Assembly (NCBI GenBank): GCA_002269645.1
Contig: NIVC01000624.1
Span: 66,341-130,340 of the forward strand
Length of the DNA stretch: 64,000 nt
From: Macrostomum lignano
Lineage: Eukaryota
Reading direction: 5' to 3'
Shown: positions 1-11,092 of the stretch, one piece after another
Layout: each line of letters starts with the position of its first letter
How positions within the stretch are numbered: the stretch's first letter is position 1
Notes under the pieces: generated by a model
The model's database searches: none
What the model saw: only the letters and a program-made list of their open reading frames with translations
Told to the model about the DNA's origin: nothing
Program-made: the position numbers and the translations under genes

Positions 1-50
1 CAGGGTTTAGTCTGGGTGTGGGACAGGGTTTAGTCTGGGTGTGGGACATG
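1..50 (-). repeat. 23-bp minisatellite remnant (same family as 1170-1772, opposite orientation)
   Basis: CAGGGTTTAGTCTGGGTGTGGGA x2 is approximately the reverse complement of TCCCATACCCCAGACAAACCCTG. Confidence 0.6.
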
Positions 51-371
51 GTTTATTCTATGGTCTTCTGTACACTTGGGAAATGAAGAAAGTTTGAGAA
101 TTAAAATTTTAACGCATTTAGGTCTTGATAATTGATATTTTTATATCTTTTTCAACCGTTTGATGAACTTTGTGTGTACCCAGCTTTGTTCCTAAACTCA
201 ATGAATCGACATATTTTCAGGCGTGTCATACTACTCTCAAGTAAATCCAGAAGGAATTTGCAGTCAAAAAATTTTTTTGTTGTCAGACTTTGACGGAGCT
301 GTCAGACAGAATAGATGTTAAGACAAAAATATTTTATTACTTCTTTTTTCGAAGCAGATGGACAGAATGGA

Positions 372-750
372 TAGGTAGATAAGAGACTGGGGATAGCAGG
401 TGTAGGTAGATAAGAGACTGAGGATAGCAGGGGTAGGTAGATAAGAGACTGGGGATATCAGGGGTAGGTAGATAAGAGACTGGGGATAGCAGGTGTAGGT
501 AGATAAGAGACTGGGGATAGCAGGTGTAGGTAGATAAGAGACTGGGGATAGCAGGTGTAGGTAGATAAGAGACTGGGGATAGCAGGGGTAGGTAGATAAG
601 AGACTGGGGATAGCAGGTGTAGGTAGATAAGAGACTGGGGATAGCAGGGGTAGGTAGATAAGAGACTGGGGATAGCAGGGGTAGATTAGAGACAGGAGAT
701 AGCAGGGGTAGGTAGATTAGAGACTGGAGATAGCAGGTTTAGGTAGATAA
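372..750. repeat. About 31-bp minisatellite (GTAGGTAGATAAGAGACTGGGGATAGCAGG)
   Basis: About 12 visible tandem copies. Confidence 0.9.
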
Positions 751-1169
751 GGATCTTTAAAGAAGTGAATATGCGAAGTTACGGGTGACGCGCCGGCCGA
801 GTTCGGGCAGACTTTGAGCAGTTTGTCACGCTTCCATTCCGAAAATTTGTTGAACGGCGGCTTTTAATTATCGCCTCGGGGTGTCGCCACGCCCTGACTC
901 GGCTTGACAATTGGCTTCGTCAGGAGATGAGCGACGTGCTGGCAGTGCCAGTTTTGGCTGTTTTTGTAATCTTTGTTCCATATTTGGCCACTTTAGCTAA
1001 CGTGGTGGTGCCTTTGAAAGAATTTTGTTGGGTAGCGAAACAGTCTTTGCCGGTAGCAGAGCACATCTTGCGCTTTGACTTTTCTATTTATAGAAGAGAT
1101 GTCTGCTCAAGCCTTACAAAAATCAATGGAGCAATAAAACACACATGTAATAAACCCTTCCGATACTAC

Positions 1170-1772
1170 AAAAACCTGTCCCACACCCCAGACAAAACCC
1201 TGTCCCATACCCTAGTCAAACATGTCCCATACCCCAGTCAAACCCTGTCCCATATCCCAGTCAAACCCTGTCCCATACCCCAGACAAACCCTGTCTTATA
1301 CCCCAGACAAACCCTGTCTTATACCCCAGTCAAACCTTGTCCATACCCCAGACAAACCCTGTCGCACACCCTAGAAAAAACCCTGTCTCCCACACAAGAC
1401 AAATCTTGTCCTTCACCCCAGACAACCCTGTCCCACACTCCAGACAAACCCTGTCCCATACCCCAGTCAAACCCTGTCCCATACCCCAGACAAACCCTGT
1501 CCCACACTCCAGTCAAACCCTGTCCCATACCCCAGACAAACCCTGTCCCACACTCCAGACAAACCCTGTCCCATACCCCAGTCAAACATGTCCCATAACC
1601 CAGTCAAACATGTCCCATACCCCAGTCAAACCCTGTCCCATATCCCAGTCAAACCCTGTCTCATACCCCAGACAAACCCTGTCCCATACCCCAGACAACC
1701 CTGTCCCACACCCCAGACAAACCCTGTCCCACACCCAGACAAACCCTGTCCGATACCACATACAAACCCCTG
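1170..1772. repeat. About 23-bp minisatellite (CCCTGTCCCATACCCCAGACAAA)
   Basis: Degenerate tandem copies. Confidence 0.9.
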
Positions 1773-2194
1773 GCTGATTTTTCGACAAGCATTGAGAACA
1801 CAAGTGCAAGAAGTACGGGTGTTCGAATTTTGTGTTTTTTTAAAACTCGGAAGGGAAGCCATCAAGTGCACTAAAGGGACTTTTTGAGATCCAAGTGTCT
1901 GCTTAATCCCTGCAGTGTCTGCTCAATAAATTTGTTTTCACCGAAATTTTTTAGACGACGCTAATTTTATAATTACAAGGCGTTTTGAGGCCTTAGCAGG
2001 TGCTTTTGAAGCATTTCTGCTGCTCATTCATCTTTAGTCTTTGATGTGGGTCTCGCATCTTTGTTATCTGAAAATCACTGTTTACGCCCATGATATTGAC
2101 ACGAATCTTGTCGCTAATGGTATAATTAGGGAATTAGAAGCATTAATGCATAAACTGGTTAATTATAACTAATTGACATGTAGACAGATAGACT

Positions 2195-2812
2195 AAGCAC
2201 CAGACAGACACTATGGCAGACACTAGGGCAGACACTATGACAGACACTATGGCAGACACTAGGGCAGACACTAGGGCAGACACTAGGGCAGACACTAGGG
2301 CAGACACTATGGCAGACACTAGGGCAGACACTATGGCAGACACTAGGGCAGACACTAAGACAGACACTATGGCAGACACTATGGCAGACAACATGGCAGA
2401 CATTAGGACAGACACTAAGGCAGACACTAGGGCAGACACTAGGGCAGAAACTAGGACAGACACTAGGGCAGACACTAAGACAGACACTAGGGCAGACACT
2501 AGGGCAGACACTAAGACAGACACTAGGGCAGACACTAGGACAGACACTAGGGCAGACACTAGGGCAGACACTAGGGCAGACACTAAGACAGACACTAGGG
2601 CAGACACTAAGACAGACACTAGGGCAGACACTATGGCAGACAACATGGCAGACATTAGGACAGACACTAAGGCAGACACTAGGGCAGAAACTAGGACAGA
2701 CACTAGGGCAGACACTAAGGCAGACAACATGGCAGACACTAGGGCAGACACTAAGACAGACACTAAGGCAGACACTATAACACTAGGACAGACACTAGGG
2801 CAGACAGAAATA
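2195..2812. repeat. 12-bp minisatellite (CAGACACTAGGG)
   Basis: Tandem copies; source of the spurious ADTR/SALV ORFs. Confidence 0.92.
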
Positions 2813-2918
2813 AACTGATCGAATGATTGATACAGTGCCAGCTAAACAGGCTGACTGATAGGTCAGCAGCTCGTTGCTCCCGGGCCCCCCAGCTCAGCCG
2901 AAGGCCGCCCCGCCCGGC

Positions 2919-2981
2919 CCAATCGCTGCCCCGAGTCGCCGCTGGCCGGCCCGCCCATGCACCGAGCGCCGCCCCTATAAA
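2919..2981 (+). promoter_or_regulatory. Core promoter of NPF precursor 1 (CCAAT 2919-2923, TATAAA 2976-2981)
   Basis: GC-rich stretch with CCAAT, then CCTATAAAT about 120 nt upstream of the ATG at 3100. Confidence 0.65.
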
Positions 2982-3099
2982 TCCGGGCAGCCCGGCATCT
3001 CGAAGGCTCGCCGCGCAGAAATCCCCCCGCCTAGCAGCTAACGGCAGGTTAAACAACACCCACAAACTGATCAACCGCAACCTCGGCCCAGCAGCAGAA

Positions 3100-3513
3100 A
3101 TGAACGCGGCTCAACTGTCAACTCTTCTGCTTTTGCTCCTGTCCGCCGCCGCCCTCGGCCAGTCCAAGTCTCTGGCCAGAGCGCCCGAGGAGGTGAACAA
3201 AGACTTCACCTCCGCCGACGACGTGGCCGAGTACTTACACTACCTGAACAAGTACTTCCACTCGGTCAGCCGGCCCCGATTCGGCAAGCGCGGCAACGCC
3301 TACGACTTCCGCTCGCCAGCCGAGGCCGCCAAGTATGTGACCAGCCTGAACCAGTACCTGCACTCGGTCAGCCGGCCCCGCTTCGGCAAGCGGCAGGCCT
3401 CCTTCGACACCCCGGCCGCGGCCGCCGAGTACATCAACAACCTCAACCAGTACCTGCACTCCATGAGCCGGCCCCGCTTCGGCAAGCGGATGTACCGCAT
3501 TGACAGGCGATGA
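3100..3513 (+). CDS. npf: NPY/NPF-family neuropeptide precursor 1 (137 aa, single exon, three NPF-like peptides)
   Basis: Signal peptide MNAAQLSTLLLLLLSAAALG followed by three repeats ending SRPRF-GKR (amidation Gly plus dibasic site). Each has Tyr at positions -17 and -10 from the C-terminus, as in NPY Y20/Y27. TATAAA at 2976, AATAAA at 3655 and 3668. Confidence 0.93.
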   Translation: MNAAQLSTLLLLLLSAAALGQSKSLARAPEEVNKDFTSADDVAEYLHYLNKYFHSVSRPRFGKRGNAYDFRSPAEAAKYVTSLNQYLHSVSRPRFGKRQASFDTPAAAAEYINNLNQYLHSMSRPRFGKRMYRIDRR

Positions 3514-3756
3514 TTCGATTGGATTGAGCAGCGTTTCCTAGAAACTGGACCGACTGAGTCAATTGCTGGCCCGTCTCTCCCTCTTCACTCGAACCTCTCT
3601 GTGTCTCTCACAGCTCCTACTTGGCGAACTGTTATTGCTAACACGATGCGTCAAAATAAAATCCGACAATAAACGCGTGCAATTGTGAAAACTAAATTGT
3701 TTTGCCACTGCTTTCTGAACTACTGCTTAAGATTGTTGCTTTCAGACATGGATTAT

Positions 3757-3935
3757 AGCAGAACTGGTAGCTATGAGTCTATGACCAGAGCGGAACTGGT
3801 AGCTATGAGTCCATGACCAGAGCAGAACTGGTAGCTATGAGTCCATGACCAGAGCAGAACTGGTAGCTATGAGTCTATGACCAGGGCGGAACTAGTAGCT
3901 ATAAATCTCATGACCATAGCGGAACTAGTTTGTAT
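3757..3935. repeat. About 32-bp minisatellite downstream of NPF1 (GCGGAACTGGTAGCTATGAGTCYATGACCAGA)
   Basis: About 5 copies; homologous to the 38-bp array downstream of NPF2. Confidence 0.85.
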
Positions 3936-4263
3936 GACCATAATCCTTTGCTGACTGAGGTCAGACTGAGGTATGACAATTGACGTTAAAACCGAATAAA
4001 GAGATTCAAATAAGCAATTTCAATTTATTTGCTAAGCCACAGTGTCATCTTCAACGAGGCCTTCTTGTAATTCTGCTAAGCTTTCTAATTTCCTTTCGCT
4101 GAATGAGGAAATAAAAAAAACAGCTCTTTTGTCACGAGGCTGCTGCTTTGATTTTCGATTCTTCGCCTCTCCGTAATGCGTCCGTGATTTCAGTTCGCAT
4201 TGCGACCCTTCGTTTCCCGGAGGAAGAACAAAATTGCGCCATTGATAATTCCACATTCGCCGA

Positions 4264-4277
4264 GTTTCCATAGCAAC
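4264..4277. promoter_or_regulatory. RFX X-box-like motif GTTTCC-AT-AGCAAC
   Basis: Matches the palindromic X-box consensus; retained in the duplicated block at 8662. Confidence 0.45.
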
Positions 4278-4519
4278 CAGACTAAGATAAGGACGATTGG
4301 TTAGTTTAAAGAGAGTGGCTGCTAACACTTTGCTTGAATTTGTAGCAGATTGCATGCAAATGAAGAGGATTAAATGTAGCAATTGTTCCCAAAATTTCTT
4401 TTAAAGACCTCTTCGATTTTCGTCACTGCATACAGCACACTTTCTCGCGAAAAACTTCAAACTGAAACCAACAGATAATACTTTGTTGCAGACAGATCGA
4501 ACTGCTTGAGTTCCAGTCG

Positions 4520-6905
4520 CTATGACCATTGTGTAACTAGGCTGTCTATGACCATTGTGTAGCTAAACTGTCTATGACCATTGTGTAGCTAAACTGTCTA
4601 TGACCATTGTGTAGCTAAACTGTCTATGACCATTGTGTAGCTAAGCTGTCTATGACCATTGTGTAGCTAAACTGTCTATGACCATTGTGTAGCTAAGCTG
4701 TCTATGACCATTGTGTAGCTAAACTGTCTATGACCATTGTGTAGCTAAACTGTCTATGACCATTGTGTAGCTAAACTGTCTATGACCATTGTGTAGCTAA
4801 GCTGTCTATGACCATTGTGTAGCTAAACTGTCTATGACCATTGTGTAGCTAAGTTTTCTATGACCATTGTGTAGCTAAACTGTCTATGACCATTGTGTAG
4901 CTAAACTGTCTATGACCATTGTGTAGCCAAGTTTTCTATGACCATTGTGTAGCTAAACTGTCTATGACCATTGTGTAGCCAAGTTTTCTATGACCATTGT
5001 GTAGCTAAACTGTCTATGACCATTGTGTAGCTAAACTGTCTATGACCATTGTGTAGCCAAGTTTTCTATGACCATTGTGTAGCTAAACTGTCTATGACCA
5101 TTGTGTAGCTAAACTGTCTATGACCATTGTGTAGCTAAACTGTCTATGACCATTGTGTAGCTAAACTGTCTATGACCATTGTGTAACTAGGCTGTCTATG
5201 ACCATTGTGTAGCTAAACTGTCTATGACCATTGTGTAGCTAAACTGTCTATGACCATTGTGTAGCTAAACTGTCTATGACCATTGTGTAGCTAAACTGTC
5301 TATGACCATTGTGTAGCTAAACTGTCTATGACCATTGTGTAGCTAAACTGTCTATGACCATTGTGTAGCTAAGCTGTCTATGACCATTGTGTAGCTAAAC
5401 TGTCTATGACCATTGTGTAGCTAAGTTTTCTATGACCATTGTGTAGCTAAACTGTCTATGACCATTGTGTAGCTAAACTGTCTATGACCATTGTGTAGCC
5501 AAGTTTTCTATGACCATTGTGTAGCTAAACTGTCTATGACCATTGTGTAGCTAAACTGTCTATGACCATTGTGTAGCTAAACTGTCTATGACCATTGTGT
5601 AGCTAAACTGTCTATGACCATTGTGTAACTAGGCTGTCTATGACCATTGTGTAGCTAAACTGTCTATGACCATTGTGTAGCTAAACTGTCTATGACCATT
5701 GTGTAGCTAAACTGTCTATGACCATTCTGTAGCCAAGTTTTCTATGACCATTGTGTAGCTAAACTGTCTATGACCATTGTGTAGCTAAACTGTCTATGAC
5801 CATTGTGTAGCTAAACTGTCTATGACCATTGTGTAGCTAAACTGTCTATGACCATTGTGTAGCTAAACTGTCTATGACCATTGTGTAGCTAAACTGTCTA
5901 TGACCATTGTGTAGCTAAACTGTCTATGACCATTGTGTAGCCAAGTTTTCTATGACCATTGTGTAGCTAAACTGTCTATGACCATTGTGTAGCTAAACTG
6001 TCTATGACCATTGTGTAGCTAAACTGTCTATGACCATTGTGTAACTAGGCTGTCTATGACCATTGTGTAGCTAAACTGTCTATGACCATTGTGTAGCTAA
6101 ACTGTCTATGACCATTGTGTAGCTAAACTGTCTATGACCATTCTGTAGCCAAGTTTTCTATGACCATTGTGTAGCTAAACTGTCTATGACCATTGTGTAG
6201 CTAAACTGTCTATGACCATTGTGTAGCCAAGTTTTCTATGACCATTGTGTAGCTAAACTGTCTATGACCATTGTGTAGCCAAGTTTTCTATGACCATTGT
6301 GTAGCTAAACTGTCTATGACCATTGTGTAGCTAAACTGTCTATGACCATTGTGTAGCCAAGTTTTCTATGACCATTGTGTAGCTAAACTGTCTATGACCA
6401 TTGTGTAGCTAAACTGTCTATGACCATTGTGTAGCTAAACTGTCTATGACCATTGTGTAGCTAAACTGTCTATGACCATTGTGTAACTAGGCTGTCTATG
6501 ACCATTGTGTAGCTAAACTGTCTATGACCATTGTGTAGCTAAACTGTCTATGACCATTGTGTAGCTAAACTGTCTATGACCATTGTGTAGCTAAACTATT
6601 TTTGACCATTGTGTAGCTAAACTGTCTATGACCATTGTGTAGCTAAACTGTCTATGACAATTGTGTAGCTAAACTGTCTATGACCATTGTGTAGCTAAGC
6701 TGTCTATGACCATTGTGTAGCTAAACTGTCTATGACCATTGTGTAGCCAAGTTTTCTATGACCATTGTGTAGCTAAGCTGTCTATGACCATTGTGTAGCT
6801 AAACTGTCTATGACCATTGTGTAGCCAAGTTTTCTATGACCATTGTGTAGCTAAACTGTCTATGACCATTGTGTAGCTAAGCTGTCTATGATAATTGTGC
6901 AGCTA
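4520..6905. repeat. 26-bp satellite (CTATGACCATTGTGTAGCTAAACTGT), about 90 copies
   Basis: Highly homogeneous array between NPF1 and NPF2. Confidence 0.97.
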
Positions 6906-7146
6906 ACATTGCTTTCACGACCACTGCACATGAATATGCTTTCCGGCATATACTACTATCAGTAGGAACTATGGACACGATCTTAAAATTTATCAATGCG
7001 CAATCTGCAGCTTGAAAAATATGAAGTGACATCCTTTGGGATTGCCTAAAGAATGGGAACTCTCGTTTCTCTGCACCTTTCCGCCTCTGTTCCTCCGTAT
7101 ACTTCGTAATCTTAATCTTAATCTTAATCTTAAAGTTAATAAAACC

Positions 7147-7458
7147 ATGGCTCGACTCCCAACTCTAATTCTGGTGCTGGTGCTCATCTTTGGGACTCTG
7201 GATCCGCCCAGCTGCCTGGCAGAAGTTCCAGAAGCTCCAACACAGTTCAACTCGGCCGACGAAGTTGACGAGTACTCGCAGGACCTCAACAAGTACTTCT
7301 ACTGGCTCAGCCTTTCCCGGTTCGGCAAGCGCAGCAAGACCAAAGACTTTCGCTCATCTGAAGAGGCCACCAAGTACGTGATCAGCCTGCTGCAGTACGT
7401 GTACTGGGCCAGCCGGCCTCGCTACGGCAAGCGGCAGTACCGCATTAATAGACGATGA
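7147..7458 (+). CDS. npf: NPY/NPF-family precursor 2 (103 aa, single exon, two divergent peptides ending LSRF-amide and RPRY-amide)
   Basis: ACCATGG start, hydrophobic leader, peptides ending YWLSLSRF-GKR and YWASRPRY-GKR with the same Tyr -17/-10 spacing. Tail QYRINRR matches MYRIDRR of gene 1, and the 3' flank is homologous to that of gene 1. Confidence 0.85.
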   Translation: MARLPTLILVLVLIFGTLDPPSCLAEVPEAPTQFNSADEVDEYSQDLNKYFYWLSLSRFGKRSKTKDFRSSEEATKYVISLLQYVYWASRPRYGKRQYRINRR

Positions 7459-7699
7459 TTCGATTCCATTGCAGTTGCAGGGCGGTTTTTCTTGGAAACT
7501 GGACCCTTTCACTCCGACCTCTCTCTGTTTCTCTCACCCTCAGCTCCTATTTGGCAAACTCAAGCATGCAGCACAGAAACTGTTATTGCTAACACAATGC
7601 CCCCATGAGAGGCAAGTGCGTCAAAAAAAAATATCCGACAATTTACGCGTGTAATTAATTGTGCGAAAGATTTTAATTTCTGCTTTTAGGCGCAAATTG

Positions 7700-8440
7700 T
7701 GGCGGAACTAAGTACATGTTGCTGTGAGTCTATGACTAGAGCGGAACTAGTACATGTTGCTGTGAGTCTATGACCAGAGCGGAACTAGTACATGTTGCTG
7801 TGAGTCTATGACCAGAGCGGAACTAGTACATGTTGCTATGAGTCTATGACCAGAGCCGAACTAGTACATGTTGCTGTGAGTCTATGACCAGAGCGGAACT
7901 AGTACATGTTGCTGTGAGTCTATGACCAGAGCGGAACTAGTACATGTTGCTGTGAGTCTATGACCAGAGCGGAACTAGTACATGTTGCTATGAGTCTATG
8001 ACCAGAGCGGAACTAGTACATGTTGCTGTGACTCTATGACCAGAGCCGAACTAGTACATGTTGCTGTGAGTCTATGACCAGAGCGGAACTAGTACATGTT
8101 GCTGTGACTCTATGACCAGAGCCGAACTAGTACATGTTGCTGTGAGTCTATGACCAGAGCGGAACTAGTACATGTTGCTGTGACTCTATGACCAGAGCCG
8201 AACTAGTACATGTTGCTGTGACTCTATGACCAGAGCCGAACTAGTACATGTTGCTGTGAGTCTATGACCAGAGCCGAACTAGTACATGTTGCTGTGAGTC
8301 TATGACCAGAGCGGAACTAGTACATGTTGCTGTAAGTCTATGACCAGAGCGGAACTAAGTACATGTAGCTCTGAGTCTATGACCGGAGCGGAACTAAGTA
8401 CATGAAGCTATGACTCTATGACCAGAGCGGAACTAGTAGT
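7700..8440. repeat. 38-bp minisatellite (GCGGAACTAGTACATGTTGCTGTGAGTCTATGACCAGA)
   Basis: About 19 copies downstream of NPF2. Confidence 0.95.
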
Positions 8441-8661
8441 TATGATCCTTTGACCGGAGCCTAACCTGTTTGAATGACCACATTCAATTCATTTGCTAAA
8501 GCTAAGCCCAAAAACCATCCTCACGCCTTTTTGTACTTTTGCTAAGCTACCTAATTTGTTTCGCTGAATGAGGAAATAAAAAAAAACTGCTTTTACACTG
8601 CGCCCTTCGGCTTCCCGTAGGAACAACAAAATTGCGACACTGGTAATTCCGCATTCGCCCA

Positions 8662-8675
8662 GTTGCCGTAGCAAC
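8662..8675. promoter_or_regulatory. RFX X-box-like motif GTTGCC-GT-AGCAAC
   Basis: Matches GTNRCC-N2-RGYAAC; positional homologue of 4264-4277. Confidence 0.45.
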
Positions 8676-8799
8676 CAGATTCAGATAAGGACGATCGATT
8701 AGATTGCAGAGAGTGCCTGCTTGAATTTGTGCAGATTACATGCAAATGAAGGGAATTAAAGGTAGGTAATCTATCTATGACCATTATGTAGCTTATCTC

Positions 8800-9340
8800 C
8801 CTCTCTTTAACTCCCTCTCTCCCTACACTCTCCCTGTCTCCCTACACTATCCTTGTCTCCCTTCACTCTCCCTGTCTCCCTTCACTCTCCCTGTCTCCCT
8901 TCACTCTCCCTGTCTCCCTTCACTCTTCCTGTCTCCCTTCACTCTCCCTGTCTCCCTTCACTCTCCCTGTCTCCCTTCACTCTCCCTGTCTCCCTTCAGT
9001 CTCCCTGTTTCCCTTCACTCTCCCTGTCGTCTCCCTTTACTCTCCCAGTCTCCCTTCACTCTCCCAGTCTCCCTTCACTCTCCCTGTCTCCCTTCACTCT
9101 CCCAGTCTCCCTTCACTCTCCCAGTCTCCCTTCACTCTCCCAGTCTCCTTCACTCTCCCAGTCTCCCTTCACTCTCCCAGTCTCCCTTCACTCTCCCTGT
9201 CTCCCTTCACTCTCCCTGTCTCCCTTCACTCTCCCTGTCTCCCTTCAGTCTCCCTGTTTCCCTTCACTCTCCCTGTCGTCTCCCTTCACTCTCCCAGTCT
9301 CCCTTCACTCTCCCTGTCTCCCTACAGTCTCCCTCTCTCT
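8800..9340. repeat. 19-bp pyrimidine-rich minisatellite (CTCCCTGTCTCCCTTCACT)
   Basis: Tandem copies. Confidence 0.92.
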
Positions 9341-9842
9341 TTGACATCCGCCCAAACGCGGCAGTCAATCTCCATCAACACTATTTCAAGCTTCTTTTCT
9401 TTCCATTTTTTGCCTAATCCCCTACATTGATTCATTCATTTTGTGAATGCTAAACCCCAAATTTAAACTGGCATGCATTTCATTGTTTTTCGAAGGTTTT
9501 TCCTTAATCCATCTGCTAAAAATCCATTTGCAGACATCAATGGAAATGTTTTAGATTAAATTTGCTAAAAATAGAGAAAAATCGAAATTAAAAAAAATAA
9601 TTCAGCGCGTCTACATTGAGAAAAAATGCTAAAAAAATAGAATCCAACAACAGGCAAATGGCAGAATATATCCAAAAAATTGCAGGCATACGCGGCACTT
9701 GTCAGTCAATTCTGAAAAAATGCTCACTCACTGGTTGTTGACTGTATCGAAAACAAAATGTGGTGAAATTTCACAGCTAGTACAAATACACCTTTTTCCC
9801 GCTTTGATCGAATGAGCCAAAATAGATTGAATCCTAAAGTGA

Positions 9843-9938
9843 AGACAGTTCACCTCTCTGGAGGAGATCAACGACTACCTGGACGATGGTAAAGACGCGG
9901 CCAGCAGCAAAGCTTCATCCGCTAATGACGATCGCTGA
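9843..9938 (+). pseudogene. Possible relic of a fourth NPF-like unit (RQFTSLEEINDYLDD...)
   Basis: Translation resembles the N-terminal half of the NPF repeats (QFNSADEVDEY, DFTSADDVAEYL). There is an in-frame TGA immediately upstream and no RPRF-GKR end. Confidence 0.3.
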
Positions 9939-10069
9939 TCCAAAAACCGTTTACCTTGACAACCAAAATGATTTTCCAAACTGAAATATACAGATAGAAT
10001 ATGATTATGGATGCTGCACACTTGCAGTAAATTGCTTCTTTAATGAATTGTCTTTTTCAAGGGTTATCA

Positions 10070-10950
10070 CAGATCCCATGTTAGGGAGAAATCATCCCAG
10101 ATCCCCATGTTAGGGAGAAATCATCCCAGATCCCCATGTTAGGGAGAAATCATCCCAGATCCCCATGTTAGGGAGAAATCATCCCAGATCCCCATGTTAG
10201 GGAGAAATCATCCCAGATCCCCATGTTAGGGAGAAATCATCCCAGATCCCCATGTTAGGGAGAAATCATCCCAGAAATCATCCCTAATATATTACTCGTA
10301 GGGAGAAATCATCCCAGATCCCCATGTTAGGGAGAAATCATCCCAGATCCCCATATTAGGGAGAAATCATCCCAGGTCCTCATATGAGGAACCTGGATCC
10401 CATGTTAGGGAGAAATCATTCCAGATCCCCATGTTAGGGAGAAATCATCCCAGATCCCCATGTTACTCGTAGGGAGAAATCATCCCAGATCCCCATATTA
10501 GGGAGAAATCACCCTAGATCCTCAAATTAGGGAGAAATCATCTCAGATCCCTATATTATTGGGTGAAATCATTCCAGTTCCCCATATTAGCGAGGAATCT
10601 TCTCAGATCCCCATATTAGGGAGAAATCACACCATATCCCCATATTAAGGAGAAATCATCCTAGATCCCCATATTAGGGAGAAACCATCCCAGATCCTCA
10701 TATGAGGGAGAAATAATCCTAGATCCTCAAATTAGGGAGAAATCATCTCAGATCCCCATATTATTGGGTGAAATCATCCCAGTTCCCCATATTAGGGAGA
10801 AATCATCCTAAATCCCCATATTAGTGAGGAATCTTCTCAGATCCCATATGAGCGAAACATCATCCCAGATCCCCATTTTAGTGACACATCATCCTAGATC
10901 TTCATATTAGGGAGAAATGATACGAGATCCCCATATTAGGGAGAAATATG
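10070..10950. repeat. About 29-bp minisatellite (TTAGGGAGAAATCATCCCAGATCCCCATR)
   Basis: Tandem copies directly upstream of the NPF3 promoter. Confidence 0.92.
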
Positions 10951-10976
10951 GAGGTGAGACTCTGATGAAGCGGCGT

Positions 10977-11021
10977 CCAATCAGAGAGCAGTGCAGCCAG
11001 CCTGCAAGATGCTGATATAAA
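10977..11021 (+). promoter_or_regulatory. Core promoter of NPF precursor 3 (CCAAT plus TATAAA)
   Basis: CCAAT followed about 40 nt later by TATAAA, about 75 nt upstream of the ATG. Same arrangement as gene 1. Confidence 0.6.
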
Positions 11022-11092
11022 CTTGCCAGGTGCTATAATAATGTCTTCTTTCGCGCTCCTGTTTCGAATAAAGCTTCGCCGAGACACAGCAA

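Noticed and set aside
2827-3099. 91-codon N-terminal extension of NPF1 in the ORF track
   Set aside because: Starts at TTG and spans the CCAAT/TATA promoter. The ATG at 3100 gives a proper signal peptide.
4520-6905. CRISPR-like appearance of the long regular arrays (also 28993-32207 and 32465-33865)
   Set aside because: Head-to-tail units without unique spacers, no cas genes, and a eukaryotic intron-containing context.
7036-7146. N-terminal extension of NPF2 in the ORF track
   Set aside because: TTG start and a low-complexity CTTAAT run. ACCATGG at 7147 precedes the hydrophobic leader.
10070-10950. TTAGGG hexamers suggesting interstitial telomere
   Set aside because: One TTAGGG per 29-bp unit, not tandem (TTAGGG)n.
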